From assembly GCA_046290465.1 (NCBI GenBank), contig JBKAGP010000001.1, forward strand, positions 6,336,001 through 6,400,000: DNA of 64,000 bases. Direction: 5' to 3'. The notes under the pieces were generated by a model, which had not been told where the DNA came from, searched no databases, and was given only the letters and a program-made list of their open reading frames with translations. Positions 1 through 10,033 of this stretch are shown here, piece after piece (position 1 is the first letter of the stretch; each line of letters begins with the position of its first letter). Source of the stretch: Planctomycetota bacterium. Lineage in GTDB: Bacteria; Planctomycetota; UBA1135; UBA2386. Position numbers and translations under genes: made by a program.

Positions 1-2
1 AC

Positions 3-3000
3 CAGACCTATCGCTTCGGCGGCTCGCTGGACGCGACCGCCGGCAACCTGGTTCGCAAGCCGGGCACGCTGCTCGAGTTCTTCGGGCCGTCGAACGCGAC
101 CGTCAGCCACAACCAGCAGGTCACCCTGCCGCCGGTACGGATCGCCAAGGACGGCACGGCGTGGCTGTCGGTCGGCGGCACCGTCACGATCGACGGGGAC
201 CTCGAACTGGTCTCGGGCCAGCTGTCGGTCAGCTCGCAGCTGCACGTCGACGGCGACGCGACGTTCCGGTTCGGCATCCTGTCGGGCGGACCGACGGGCA
301 GCCTGGAGGTGATTGGGGACACGACCTTCGAGGGTGCGCTGGTCGTCACGCCTCCCAACATCAAGGTGTTCGGTGACTGGACGGCCGACGCGCTGTTCCA
401 GCCGACCACGCGCACGGTGACGTTCGCCGGCGCCGGCACCACACAGAACGTGCTCGGCAGCGAGGGCCGGTTCCACGCCCTGCAGCTGGCGATCAGCGCC
501 AACGTGGTCAGCAACGTGCCGATCCACGTCGCCGCGGACCTTGCGATCACCAGCGCGGTCCTGCAGTCGAACCACCCCAGCGACATGGTCGTGCTGGGCT
601 CGCTGGCCAACACCGGGACGCTCGGCGTCGCGGCGGCGCTGCGTGTCGGCGGCAACCTGACCACCAGCAGCTCGATGAGCATCGGGGACGAACTCGAGGT
701 CGGCGGGGACATCTGGGTGCAGTCGGGCACGCTGTCCCTCGGCGACGGCCGCTTCGGCGGCGGCCTGCAGGCCGACGGCGGCTTCGCGTCGACCGGGACC
801 GTGCGGTTCACCGGGGCGACCTCCGAGACCGTCAGCTCGGCGGCGCCGCTGCCGACGTTGACCGTCGACAAGTCGGCAGCGTCGACGCTGACGCTGGCGT
901 CGGTCGACATCACGGGCGACCTCGTGCTGGCCAACGGCACCATCAGCGCGTCCGGGACGACCGTCGTGGCCGGCGAGGCGCGGTTCGAGGGCGGTTCGGT
1001 CAGCGGCGGTGGCACCATCGACGTGGCCGGCGACATCACGTTCGCCGGTGCGCTCGGCTATGCGCCGCCCAACTTCGTCTGCGGCGGGGACTTCACGACC
1101 TCGTCCGAGTTCCGCCCATTCTCGGGGACCGTCACGTTGAACGGAACGTCGGGTCAGCAGATCCTCGGCGCGGATGCGCAGTTCCACAGCCTCGTGATCG
1201 AGACCCTGACCGTCGTGTCGTCGGCCGTCGACCTGCACTTCACCGGCGACGTCGTGCACAACGGCATCCTCTGGACGACCACGGGCGATCTCGACTGTGA
1301 CGGCAACTTCACGTCGAACAACAGTTGGGACGTCGGCGGCGGCACGCATCGGTTCGCGGGGGCGCTGACGCTGCAGGGTTCGGTCTCGAACGCCACCGGC
1401 GAGTTCGTCCTGGATGGTCCGTCGAGCAACGCCACGGTGCAGAGCACGCAGCCGCTGCCGGCGCTGCGCATCGAACGCCAGCAACAGGTGACGCTGTCGA
1501 ACCTGACGGTCACCGGCGACCTCGACCTGGAGCTCGGTCGGCTGATCGTCAGCGGTACGGTCAACGTCGGTGGCGACGTCACGCTCCATGCCGGCGAGCT
1601 GGCCGGTGGCGGTCTGCTGCAGGTCGTCGGGGACTTCACCAGCCAGGGCGCGTTCACGACCGCGCCGCCGACGATCCGGCTGGCGGGCGACTGGACCGCC
1701 GACCAGGACTTCGCGCCGCAGGGTGGCCTGGTGACGTTCCTCGGCAGCACGCCGCAGGCGCTGTCGGCGACCGCTGGTGCGCTGAGATTCTACGCGGTCG
1801 AGGTGGCCAACGGCGCTGCACTCGTTGCGACCGAGCCGGTCACGATCGGCCACACGCTGCTCGTGAACGGCGACCTGACGACGTCCTCGACGCTCGACGT
1901 GGCGTCGACGGTGACCAGCAACACGGAGTCGGAGCTGCACCTCGGCGCCGGCGCCCACCGCTTCGCGGGCAGCCTCAACCTCGGCGGGGTCGTCGACGCG
2001 ACCGGATCGTTCGAGTTCTACAACCCGACGACATCCTCGGTCGCGGTCACGGCCGCAGTTCCGATCCCGGCAATCGTCAAGACCGGCGCAGGCACGCTGA
2101 CGCTCAACGCGGGTGTCGTCGTGGCGGGCGGGGTCGATGTTGCGCGCGGACGGTTCCGCTACGGCAACCCGGTGGTCGTGCAGGGCGACGCGGTGTTCCG
2201 TGGCGGTGACCTGGACTCGGGCTCGGTGCTCGACGTCGCCGGCGACGTGACGTTCCTCGGCGCGACGGCGACCAGTCCGGGAACGATCCGGTGTGCGGGC
2301 AACTGGAGCTCCGAGTCCAACTTCACGCCGCCCAACGGCGTCGTCGAGCTGACTGGCAACGGCACGATCGCGTCGCTGACGCCCAACCAGGCGGCGAGCT
2401 TCCATCTGCTCGACGTCAGCGGCGGCGCCCGGCAGGTCGTCGGCGACATCGCGGTCCGCGGCACGACGATGACGATTGCCACCAATGCCGACCTGATCAT
2501 CGGGGCCAACGCCTCGTTGACGCTCGAGCGCGCTGCGATGACGGTCAACGGCGAACTGCAGCTGCTCGACAACGGCCAGCTGCTGCTCGGCGAACCCGCC
2601 AGCGTGCGCGTCGACCAGCTCGGTCGCCTGCGCCTGCTCGGCGCCGGCGCCGCATCGCGGGTGCGCATCGATGCGATCGACGGCGGTGGCTACGGCTTCG
2701 TCGTCGAGGGCTTCGTCGCCGCGCGCGACTTCGAGTTCTTCCGACCGGACGAGCACGGCTTCGTGATCGAGTCGACCGCGACCGTGGACCAGTCCGCGGC
2801 GCAGGGCTTCCGCAACGGCACCTTCGACTTCCCGCGCAACGTGCCCGGCGCAGTGCTGCTCGACGTCGATCCGCCGACCAACCCGCCGGTGGCGCTGCTG
2901 ATGCAGAACATGGCCTTCCAGAACACGGCGGGTGCGCAGAACGTGCACAACGTGCGCGTCACCCAGGGGGAGACCGTGACGCTGGTCAACGCGACCGGTG

Positions 3001-4310
3001 CGTTCGCCGGCGAGACGTTCGAGGACGACCCGCTCGGGGATCGCATCGACTGGACCTCTGGCCAGCTGTCGATCCTCGGTTCGTTCGCGGTGCTCGCCGG
3101 TGCCGGCGAGGCGACGGTGGCGTGGTCGACGATCGACGAGTCGACGATCGCGTCGTTCACGCTCGATCGACAGCAGCTGGAGCCCACTCCGGGGTCGTTC
3201 GGCAACGCGCTGGTCTTCAACGCTTCGGGTGTGCCGTCGAACTACCAGCAACTGGTCACCGGTCTGGTGCCGGGCGTATCGTACCGGTTCCGCCTGCGAG
3301 AACGCGAGACGCCGACCAGCGCGCTGACCACGATCGCGACGGCCGACGTTACGCCGTTCAGCGGGGGGGCGCCGGTCGAGGTCTTCGAGGTGGGGGCGTC
3401 CGCTGCCTATCCCGACGTGCAGTCGGCGATCACCGCCGCGCTGGCGTCCGGGCTGCCCGCGCCGGTCGTGCGCATCGGTGCCGGCTCCTATGACAGCTTC
3501 GTGGTCAATGGCGCGCCGGCTCAGGGCCTGCGCATCGTCGGCGACGGCTCGGGGCCGGTGTTCGTGTCGACGGCGGTCACCGGTCCGGTCACGGTGCAGA
3601 ACGTGCCATTCGGTCGCTTCGTCGAGCTGGGAGACGTGACCATCGGCAGTCCCAGCTCGCCGCAGGCGGGGGTCCTGGTGACCGCTTCGGCCGGCCTGGT
3701 GCTGCTCGACGAGGTCAGTGTCGACGCCGGCGCGCCGGACGCGCTGATCGTCGAGAACTCGACCGCGGTGGTCGTGCAGGGGCCCAACACGTCGGTGCAG
3801 TCGGCCGGCGGCGATGGCCTGTCGGTGCGCGGGGTCAGCGCGTGCACGGCCAGCAACGCCAACTTCAGCACGGTCTACGTGCAGGCGACCGCGCAGCTGA
3901 CGCACGGTGCGATCAACGTGGTGCCGACGCTCGAGGCGGGCGCCGGCGAGACGGTGTTTGCGGGTCTGGTGCCGGTGCTGAGTGGCGAACGGTTCCCCGT
4001 GCTGGCGCAGCCGCTGCAGTACCAGTTCGAGGGGTTCCCGAGCTCGCTGTGGCTGCTGGTCATGAGCGAGAACTACTCGTTCCCGATCAGCCTGTTCGAG
4101 ATGCCCGTGCTGGTCGATCTCGGCACGCTGATGGTCGCCCACACGGGCGTCACCGACGCAGCCGGCGTCGCGACGCACAGCCTGTTCCTGCCGGCGAACG
4201 GCAACCTGATCGGGCTGTCGCGGGTGTTCCAGGCGGCCTCGGTCAACCTTGGCACGGGCCAGCTGCGGCTCTCGAACGCGCAGGGCGTGACGATCCTCGC
4301 CGGCAATTGA
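3..4310 (+). CDS. Large secreted repeat protein (5'-partial): about 200-240 aa Gly/Thr/Val-rich beta-repeats, an FN3-like module, a beta-helix-like region and a conserved C-terminal domain
   Basis: The frame is open from position 3 (QTYRFGGSL...) into the 309..4310 ORF. Repeat anchors G[DN][WF][TS]xxxxFxP occur at 372, 1086, 1686 and 2298. The FN3-like segment reads ATVAWST...VTGLVPGVSYRFRLRE. The C-terminus reads LPANGNLIGLSRVFQ...LSNAQGVTILAGN. Confidence 0.8.
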   Translation, partial: QTYRFGGSLDATAGNLVRKPGTLLEFFGPSNATVSHNQQVTLPPVRIAKDGTAWLSVGGTVTIDGDLELVSGQLSVSSQLHVDGDATFRFGILSGGPTGSLEVIGDTTFEGALVVTPPNIKVFGDWTADALFQPTTRTVTFAGAGTTQNVLGSEGRFHALQLAISANVVSNVPIHVAADLAITSAVLQSNHPSDMVVLGSLANTGTLGVAAALRVGGNLTTSSSMSIGDELEVGGDIWVQSGTLSLGDGRFGGGLQADGGFASTGTVRFTGATSETVSSAAPLPTLTVDKSAASTLTLASVDITGDLVLANGTISASGTTVVAGEARFEGGSVSGGGTIDVAGDITFAGALGYAPPNFVCGGDFTTSSEFRPFSGTVTLNGTSGQQILGADAQFHSLVIETLTVVSSAVDLHFTGDVVHNGILWTTTGDLDCDGNFTSNNSWDVGGGTHRFAGALTLQGSVSNATGEFVLDGPSSNATVQSTQPLPALRIERQQQVTLSNLTVTGDLDLELGRLIVSGTVNVGGDVTLHAGELAGGGLLQVVGDFTSQGAFTTAPPTIRLAGDWTADQDFAPQGGLVTFLGSTPQALSATAGALRFYAVEVANGAALVATEPVTIGHTLLVNGDLTTSSTLDVASTVTSNTESELHLGAGAHRFAGSLNLGGVVDATGSFEFYNPTTSSVAVTAAVPIPAIVKTGAGTLTLNAGVVVAGGVDVARGRFRYGNPVVVQGDAVFRGGDLDSGSVLDVAGDVTFLGATATSPGTIRCAGNWSSESNFTPPNGVVELTGNGTIASLTPNQAASFHLLDVSGGARQVVGDIAVRGTTMTIATNADLIIGANASLTLERAAMTVNGELQLLDNGQLLLGEPASVRVDQLGRLRLLGAGAASRVRIDAIDGGGYGFVVEGFVAARDFEFFRPDEHGFVIESTATVDQSAAQGFRNGTFDFPRNVPGAVLLDVDPPTNPPVALLMQNMAFQNTAGAQNVHNVRVTQGETVTLVNATGAFAGETFEDDPLGDRIDWTSGQLSILGSFAVLAGAGEATVAWSTIDESTIASFTLDRQQLEPTPGSFGNALVFNASGVPSNYQQLVTGLVPGVSYRFRLRERETPTSALTTIATADVTPFSGGAPVEVFEVGASAAYPDVQSAITAALASGLPAPVVRIGAGSYDSFVVNGAPAQGLRIVGDGSGPVFVSTAVTGPVTVQNVPFGRFVELGDVTIGSPSSPQAGVLVTASAGLVLLDEVSVDAGAPDALIVENSTAVVVQGPNTSVQSAGGDGLSVRGVSACTASNANFSTVYVQATAQLTHGAINVVPTLEAGAGETVFAGLVPVLSGERFPVLAQPLQYQFEGFPSSLWLLVMSENYSFPISLFEMPVLVDLGTLMVAHTGVTDAAGVATHSLFLPANGNLIGLSRVFQAASVNLGTGQLRLSNAQGVTILAGN

Positions 4311-4395
4311 TCGGGGTTCCTGGCCGGGTTCGCGGCACGATCCCGTTATGCAGGTGCCGGGGCGCACGCCCCGGCACTCCCACCAGGAACCAGCC

Positions 4396-5364
4396 ATGCA
4401 ACCAACCCCCTCCACGCGGCTTCGTGCCGCCCTCGCCGGCGTCGCGATCGTCGGCTCCCTCTCCGCCCAGCAGTTCACCAACGGTTCGTTCGAGAACTGG
4501 GACTCGCCGACCTCCTGCAGCGTCAACTCGACGCCCGACGACTGGCAGAAGCTGCTCGCCGCCGGCCTCAACGCCGGCCTCGGTGTCGACGAGGGCACGC
4601 CGTCGGTCTGCGCGCACACGATCCCGGCGACCGTGCAGGACGGCGTCACCTACGTGCGTGCCTACGCGCCGCCGACCGGCGGCGAGGGCGTGCAGCAGGT
4701 CGTCGCGGGCTTCGTGCCGGGCAACACCTACACGATCCGCTACCACTACGCCGGCTCGAACGTCTACGGCGGCGTCGGCGACGGCTACTGGCAGGTGTCG
4801 GTCGACGGCGCCACGGTCGACCAGTCGCCGGTCTTCAGCTCGCTGCAGACCACTTGGACGGCGCGCACCTGCACGTTCGTGGCCACGGCGACGTCGCACC
4901 AGATCGGCTTCCTCGGCTACGCCAGCCAGCCGGCGACCGCGAGCCTCGGTCTCGACGCGGTCGAGATCCTCGGCACCGCGCAGGCCTACGGCCAGCCGTG
5001 CTCGGTCGGCAGTCCGCTGTCGCTGGCGGCGGCTGGCCCGCGCATCGGCAGCAACTGGGACCTGACCGGCGCCGGCATCGAGCCGGTCTCGGCGCTGGCG
5101 GTGTTCTGGTTCGGCGACAGCCCGCGGGTGCCGCCGATCGACCTCGCGGTGATCGGCGCCAACGGCTGCTTCGCGCACCACAACGCCAACCTCGGCGCGT
5201 TCGTCGCGACGGCGTCCCTCGGCAGCGCGAGCTACGCGGTCGCGGTGCCCGCCAACACCGCGCTGGTCGGCGTCGAACTGTTCGTGCAGATGAGCGCGGC
5301 GTCGACCGCGACGCCGGTCGGCTTCACCACCTCCAACGGCGTCGTCGGCGTGATCGGTTCGTAG
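4396..5364 (+). CDS. Secreted protein with an N-terminal carbohydrate-binding-like (jelly-roll) domain and the conserved C-terminal domain
   Basis: ATG at 4396 follows AGGAA. The signal peptide ends SLSA-Q. The domain starts FTNGSFE. The C-terminus reads VPANTALVGVELFVQ...TSNGVVGVIGS. Confidence 0.75.
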   Translation: MQPTPSTRLRAALAGVAIVGSLSAQQFTNGSFENWDSPTSCSVNSTPDDWQKLLAAGLNAGLGVDEGTPSVCAHTIPATVQDGVTYVRAYAPPTGGEGVQQVVAGFVPGNTYTIRYHYAGSNVYGGVGDGYWQVSVDGATVDQSPVFSSLQTTWTARTCTFVATATSHQIGFLGYASQPATASLGLDAVEILGTAQAYGQPCSVGSPLSLAAAGPRIGSNWDLTGAGIEPVSALAVFWFGDSPRVPPIDLAVIGANGCFAHHNANLGAFVATASLGSASYAVAVPANTALVGVELFVQMSAASTATPVGFTTSNGVVGVIGS

Positions 5365-5380
5365 CGGCTGCCGCGACGGC

Positions 5381-6934
5381 CTATCGCGGCAGCCGGACCG
5401 TGAAGGTGGCGCCTTCGCCCGGCTGCGAGGTCACGGTGATCTCGCCGCCGTGCGCCTGCACGATGCCGTAGGTGACCGCGAGGCCCAGGCCGCTGCCGCG
5501 CTGCTCGGCACGTTCGGCGTCGGCGCGCGTGGTGAAGAACGGGTCGAACACGTGCGGCAGCGCGTCCGCTGCGATGCCCGGGCCGGTGTCGGCGACCTGC
5601 ACGACGACCGCGTCGCCGTCGCGCGCAGCGATGCAGCGCAGCACGCCGCCGTCGGCCATCGCCTGCACCGCGTTGACGAACAGGTTGACGAACACCTGGT
5701 GCAAGGAACCGGCGTCGCCGATGACCTCGAGGTCGTCGGCGAAGCGGCGTTCGACCTGCACGTCGTGGCGGCGCGCCGCCGGCTCGCACAGCCGCAGCGC
5801 TTCGTCGAGCACGTCGACCACGTCCAGCGTCGCCGGCTCGCGGTCGGGTTCCTGCGCGAACCGCTGCAGCTGCTGCACGATGCCCTGGGCGCGCTCGGTT
5901 GCGCGCGTGATCACGCCGAGCGTCTCCCGCTGGTCGGCGTCGGCGTCGCCGGCGAGCAGCTCGTCGGCGCAGCCGCGGATGCCGCCGATGACGTTGCGGA
6001 ACTCGTGCGCGACGCCGCCGGCGAGCGTGCCGAGCGCGGCCAGACGTTCGGCCTGCGCCAGCTGCCGCACCGTCGCCTGCAGGTCGCGGGTCTTGGCCTG
6101 GACCTCGGACTCGAGGTTGTCGGCGAGGTGCTGCAGCTCGTCCCGCTGCGTGCGCAGCTGGGCGACCATCGCGGCGAAGTCGCGGGTCAGGTCGCCGAGT
6201 TCGCCGGGCCCGGGCGGCGGCAGGTCGGCGGCCAGTTCGCCGGCGGCGACGCGACGGGTGGCCGCGCGCAGCCGCGCCGCCGGTCGCACCACGAACCGGT
6301 GCAGCCCGAAGCCGAGCACCAGCAGCAGCGTCGCCAGGGTCGCGGCGACCAGCACCAGGTGGGTGCGGTTGAGGCCGCGCACGAACTCGTGTTCGCGGCG
6401 CAGCCGCGCCTCGGTGTGTCGCTGCATGCGCTCGTCGAGGTCGCGGTTGGCGCGGCGCTGCATCTCGGCGGCGAGCATGCGGACGTTGCTGCGCTGCCGT
6501 TGTGAGCGTTGGTGGTCCTCGCGCACGACGGCCGAACGGATCGCGCGCACGTCGCCGAGCGACTCGAGCGGCAGGTCCTGCAGCGCGCGCGCGCGGGCGG
6601 CGGTGGTGTGGCCGATCAGGTCGATCAGCACCTGGCTGCTCTGGCGGGTCTGCTCCTCGGAGACCCGGCGCATGGTCTGTTTGGTCTCCTGCAGCGTCTC
6701 CTCGCCGTAGCGGGTCAGGGTGGTGTCGAGCGCGGGCGCGACCACGGCCAGCAGCCAGATCGCGAGCAGCGCGGCGATGCCGACCAACACCAGCGACAGC
6801 CGGACCACCAGCGTGCCGTGGCGGGGATGGGGGCCGTCGCCCAGTGTCTCTGGTGGACCCAGTGTCTCTGGTCGACTCAGTGTCTCTGGTGGGCCCAGCG
6901 GCTCTGCAGGGCTCCTCGGCTCTGCGGGGTTCAT
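5381..6934 (-). CDS. Membrane sensor histidine kinase (2 TM, HAMP, HisKA, HATPase)
   Basis: H-box LAGGVAHEFRN, N-box QVFVNLFVNAVQA, G1 DTGPG, F-box FDPFFTT, G2 GSGLGL. The start ATG overlaps the stop of the upstream gene (ATGA at 6931-6934). Confidence 0.92.
   Translation of the reverse strand: MNPAEPRSPAEPLGPPETLSRPETLGPPETLGDGPHPRHGTLVVRLSLVLVGIAALLAIWLLAVVAPALDTTLTRYGEETLQETKQTMRRVSEEQTRQSSQVLIDLIGHTTAARARALQDLPLESLGDVRAIRSAVVREDHQRSQRQRSNVRMLAAEMQRRANRDLDERMQRHTEARLRREHEFVRGLNRTHLVLVAATLATLLLVLGFGLHRFVVRPAARLRAATRRVAAGELAADLPPPGPGELGDLTRDFAAMVAQLRTQRDELQHLADNLESEVQAKTRDLQATVRQLAQAERLAALGTLAGGVAHEFRNVIGGIRGCADELLAGDADADQRETLGVITRATERAQGIVQQLQRFAQEPDREPATLDVVDVLDEALRLCEPAARRHDVQVERRFADDLEVIGDAGSLHQVFVNLFVNAVQAMADGGVLRCIAARDGDAVVVQVADTGPGIAADALPHVFDPFFTTRADAERAEQRGSGLGLAVTYGIVQAHGGEITVTSQPGEGATFTVRLPR
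6841..6930. repeat. Imperfect 18-bp tandem repeat (about 5 units) in the kinase N-terminus
   Basis: Units are ccagtgtctctggtggac / ccagtgtctctggtcgac / tcagtgtctctggtgggc ..., encoding PAEPLG-PPETLS-RPETLG-PPETLG. Confidence 0.8.
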
Positions 6935-7950
6935 CGGGGCTCCACGTCGGAGCCAGGCTCCGGTGCGATCAGTTCGTCGGCGAGCGCCAGCAGCGACAGC
7001 GGCAGGTCGATGCCGAGGCGACGGGCGGCGCCGAGGTTGGCGACGACCAGGCTGCTCTGCATGCGGTCGACGGGCAGGTCGTCGGGGATGCGCCCGAGGC
7101 GGAGCACGCGCTGCACGATCGCGGCGGCGCGGCGGCCGTGCAGGCGGTAGTCGACGGCGGCACCGACCAGCGCGCCGTTGCGCACGCCGGCTGCCGCGGT
7201 GGTCAGCAGCGGCAGCGGCCGGTCGCCGAGCGCGCGTTCGATCGCCGGGACGTGCTGGTAGACGGTCAGGTCGATCGGGATCCAGATCGCCTGCACGCCC
7301 TGGTCGCGCAGCGCGGCGACCGCGGCGGCGAGGCCGCGTTCGTCGTCGACGACGACCTCGTGCACCTGCACGTCCGGCGCGCCCTCGGTGGCGAGGAACT
7401 GCCGCATGCCCGCCAGCTCGGCCTGGCTGACGACGCCGCTCTTGCGGCTGCGCAGCATGCCGAGGGCGCGCAGGTCGGGCACCGCCAGCCGGAACACCTC
7501 GAGCACGTTCTGCGGCGCGATCCAGTTGCTGGCGCCGCACGAACCGGCGCCGGCACCGCGCCAGTCCTCGGTGATGCCCGCGGTCACCGGGTTGGTCACG
7601 GCCGCGAACACGATCGGCCTGCGGCGCACGTGGTCGCGCGCCAGCAGCGTCGCCCGCGTGCCGAGCGAGAGCACCAGTTCGCAGCCGGCATCCAGTTCGG
7701 CCAGCTGGCGGGCGGCCAGCTCCGGGTCGGAGTCGGCCAGCCGCAGCTCGAACGTCGCCGCCACCTCGGCGTCGCGCAGGCCCTGCCGGACGCCGGCGAG
7801 GGCGGCGCGGTCGTTGGGGGAGTCGTGCCACAAGAACACGCCGATGCGGTGCGGCGCGGCGGTCGGTCCCTGCGCCGGGGCGTGCGGCAGCGCCACGGTG
7901 GCGGCCAGCAGCAGCGCCGGCAGCGGGCGGCGGATGGTTCGGAAGGCCAT
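6931..7950 (-). CDS. ABC-type substrate-binding protein (ABC_sub_bind family)
   Basis: Signal peptide plus the family-typical PIVFAAVTNPV and G..AAAIV.RVL.G..P.DLPV...VANL.AA..LGI.LP..LL..AD motifs. Confidence 0.85.
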   Translation of the reverse strand: MAFRTIRRPLPALLLAATVALPHAPAQGPTAAPHRIGVFLWHDSPNDRAALAGVRQGLRDAEVAATFELRLADSDPELAARQLAELDAGCELVLSLGTRATLLARDHVRRRPIVFAAVTNPVTAGITEDWRGAGAGSCGASNWIAPQNVLEVFRLAVPDLRALGMLRSRKSGVVSQAELAGMRQFLATEGAPDVQVHEVVVDDERGLAAAVAALRDQGVQAIWIPIDLTVYQHVPAIERALGDRPLPLLTTAAAGVRNGALVGAAVDYRLHGRRAAAIVQRVLRLGRIPDDLPVDRMQSSLVVANLGAARRLGIDLPLSLLALADELIAPEPGSDVEPR

Positions 7951-7986
7951 GCCTCCATGCTTACCGCCCGGATTGTCGATAGGGGG

Positions 7987-8031
7987 TTGTCAGTCTCGTC
8001 AAGTTCTTTAGATTGCAAAGTCGTCAGGAGG
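7987..8031 (+). promoter_or_regulatory. Putative sigma70 promoter and RBS of ispH
   Basis: TTGTCA (7987-7992), a 16-nt spacer, TAGATT (8009-8014), then AGGAGG at 8026-8031 before ATG 8036. Confidence 0.55.
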
Positions 8032-8035
8032 CCAG

Positions 8036-8911
8036 ATGCAGATCAGACGTGCGGATGCGATGGGTATGTGCTTTGGCGTGCGCGACGCGCTGCAGGCGAT
8101 CGAGCAGGTCGGAGAGCCGGGGTCGGTGACGATCCACGGCGAGCTGGTGCACAACGGCGAGGTGCTGCGCATGCTCGACCGGCGGGGGTTCCGCCAGTCG
8201 GACGAGGTCGGCCGCGACGTGCCGGACACCGAGGCGGTGCTGATCACCGCGCACGGGGTCAGCGACCGCGAGCGCGAACGGCTGCGGGGGGCCGGCAAGC
8301 GCCTGATCGACACGACCTGCCCGCTGGTGCACAAGGCGCACGAGGCGGCGCAGCTGCTGCAGGCCGATGGACGCCGGGTGGTCGTTCTCGGCAAGCCGGA
8401 GCACGTCGAGGTCCGCGGCATCGTCGAGGACCTCGACGACCCGATCGTCGTGCGCGCCGAGCAGGACGTCGCGACCTGGCCGGACCTGCGGCTCGGCGTC
8501 GTCTGCCAAACGACCACGCCGAGCGAGCGCGTCGACCTGCTGGTCGACGAGATCCGGCGGCGCAACCCGCACGCCGACGTGCGGCTGATGGACACGGTCT
8601 GCAACCCGACCAAGGCGCGCGGCGCGGCGCTCGAGGCGCTGCTGCCGCAGGTCGACGCGCTGGTGGTCGTCGGCGGCCGGGACTCCAACAACACCAGGCA
8701 GCTGGTGGTCCGGGCCGAACGGCGCGGCGTGCCGGCGCTGCACATCGAGAGCGAGGCCGAACTCGACGAGGGCTGGCTCGCTGGGCGCCGGGTCGTCGGC
8801 CTGACCGCGGGCACGTCGACGTTGCCGGCGACGATCGACGCGGTGCACGCGCGGCTGCTGGCGGTGGCCGCGAGGGCGCCGGAGGTCGACGGCGCGCGCC
8901 GCTCGGGGTGA
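8036..8911 (+). CDS. ispH: 4-hydroxy-3-methylbut-2-enyl diphosphate reductase
   Basis: GMCFGV, LVHN, AHG, DTTCPLV, HVEV, QTT, TVCNPT and SNN motifs, including the three cluster Cys. Confidence 0.96.
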   Translation: MQIRRADAMGMCFGVRDALQAIEQVGEPGSVTIHGELVHNGEVLRMLDRRGFRQSDEVGRDVPDTEAVLITAHGVSDRERERLRGAGKRLIDTTCPLVHKAHEAAQLLQADGRRVVVLGKPEHVEVRGIVEDLDDPIVVRAEQDVATWPDLRLGVVCQTTTPSERVDLLVDEIRRRNPHADVRLMDTVCNPTKARGAALEALLPQVDALVVVGGRDSNNTRQLVVRAERRGVPALHIESEAELDEGWLAGRRVVGLTAGTSTLPATIDAVHARLLAVAARAPEVDGARRSG

Positions 8912-8916
8912 CGGCC

Positions 8917-8963
8917 GGTCGCCTGCCGATGGTCGCCTGCCGCTGGTTGCCTGCCGCTGGTTG
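8917..8963. repeat. 14-bp tandem repeat, 3.3 units, intergenic
   Basis: ggtcgcctgccgat ggtcgcctgccgct ggttgcctgccgct ggttg. Confidence 0.8.
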
Positions 8964-9019
8964 ATTGGGGCAGGGGGTGGGGTAGTCTCGCGCAGCCGCG
9001 CGTTCGCGGCGCCGACGCT

Positions 9020-10027
9020 GTGAGCCACCACGGACCTTCGCACGATTCCTCCGACGACGCCCGGGACCCCGAGGCGCTGCCGGACCCCGACCAGCTGCTC
9101 GAGAAGGAGGGCCGGTTCTGGGACCTGCAAGAGGAGGGCATCGACGGCCTCTACGCGCGTCCGCACGACTGGCGGTTCGTGCCGCACCTGGCCGAGACGA
9201 TCATCGCGCCGCGGGTGCAGACCGTGCTGCGCATCCTCGACGAGCACCGGCCGGAGATCACCTCGCAGCTCGACATCGGCTGCGGCAACGGCTGGTTCTG
9301 CCACGCGATGGCCAGGCGCGGCATCCGTTCGATCGGCGTCGACCTCAGCGAGAAGAAGATCGAGACCGCGCGGCGCATGGCCAAGGAGCAGGGGGTCGAC
9401 CACCTGTGCGAGTTCTGGGCGGGCGACGTGCTCAAGTGGCCGTGCGAGCAGCCGGTCGACCTGCTGACCTCGCACGGCAGCCTGCACCACTTCCCGGGCT
9501 TCGCCGACGCGATGGAGCAGATCGTCGCGCGCTTTCTGCGCAAGGGCGGCTACATGCTGTTCCTCGAGCCCAACCACGAGGGCATGTCGCCGCAGATGCG
9601 CGAGTTCCTGCTGGCGCAGGCGACCGGGCCGCTGGCCGCGCACTTCGACTTCGCGTTCTACCAGGAGGTGACCGGCGAGAAGGTCGAGGGTGGCCGGGTG
9701 GTGGCCGCCGACGCGACGGCGCGCGACGAGATGGACATCCGCGACGAGAGCCCGGCCGGCAAGGAGTTCTTCGGCGAGCACGTCGAGCTCGACGACTACT
9801 TCGAGGAGCACTTTGAGGTCCTCGAGAAGCAGTTCTTCCACCTGTTCTCGAGCCACGCGACCAACGCGTTCTACGTGTTCATGAAGTCGCCGTGGATCCG
9901 GCGCATGTGGCAGCACCTGCTGCCGAAGGTCGTCGCCCGCGACACCGCGCTGCTGGCGGACCCCGAGCACCAGCGCTGGGCCGAGGACGGCCTGTGGTTC
10001 ATGCAGCGCAAGGGCGAACGGCGCTGA
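9020..10027 (+). CDS. Class I SAM-dependent methyltransferase
   Basis: Motif I LDIGCGNG, GVDLS, SLHHF and L.KGG..LFLEPN. The start codon is uncertain. Confidence 0.85.
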   Translation: MSHHGPSHDSSDDARDPEALPDPDQLLEKEGRFWDLQEEGIDGLYARPHDWRFVPHLAETIIAPRVQTVLRILDEHRPEITSQLDIGCGNGWFCHAMARRGIRSIGVDLSEKKIETARRMAKEQGVDHLCEFWAGDVLKWPCEQPVDLLTSHGSLHHFPGFADAMEQIVARFLRKGGYMLFLEPNHEGMSPQMREFLLAQATGPLAAHFDFAFYQEVTGEKVEGGRVVAADATARDEMDIRDESPAGKEFFGEHVELDDYFEEHFEVLEKQFFHLFSSHATNAFYVFMKSPWIRRMWQHLLPKVVARDTALLADPEHQRWAEDGLWFMQRKGERR

Positions 10028-10033
10028 GCCGAC

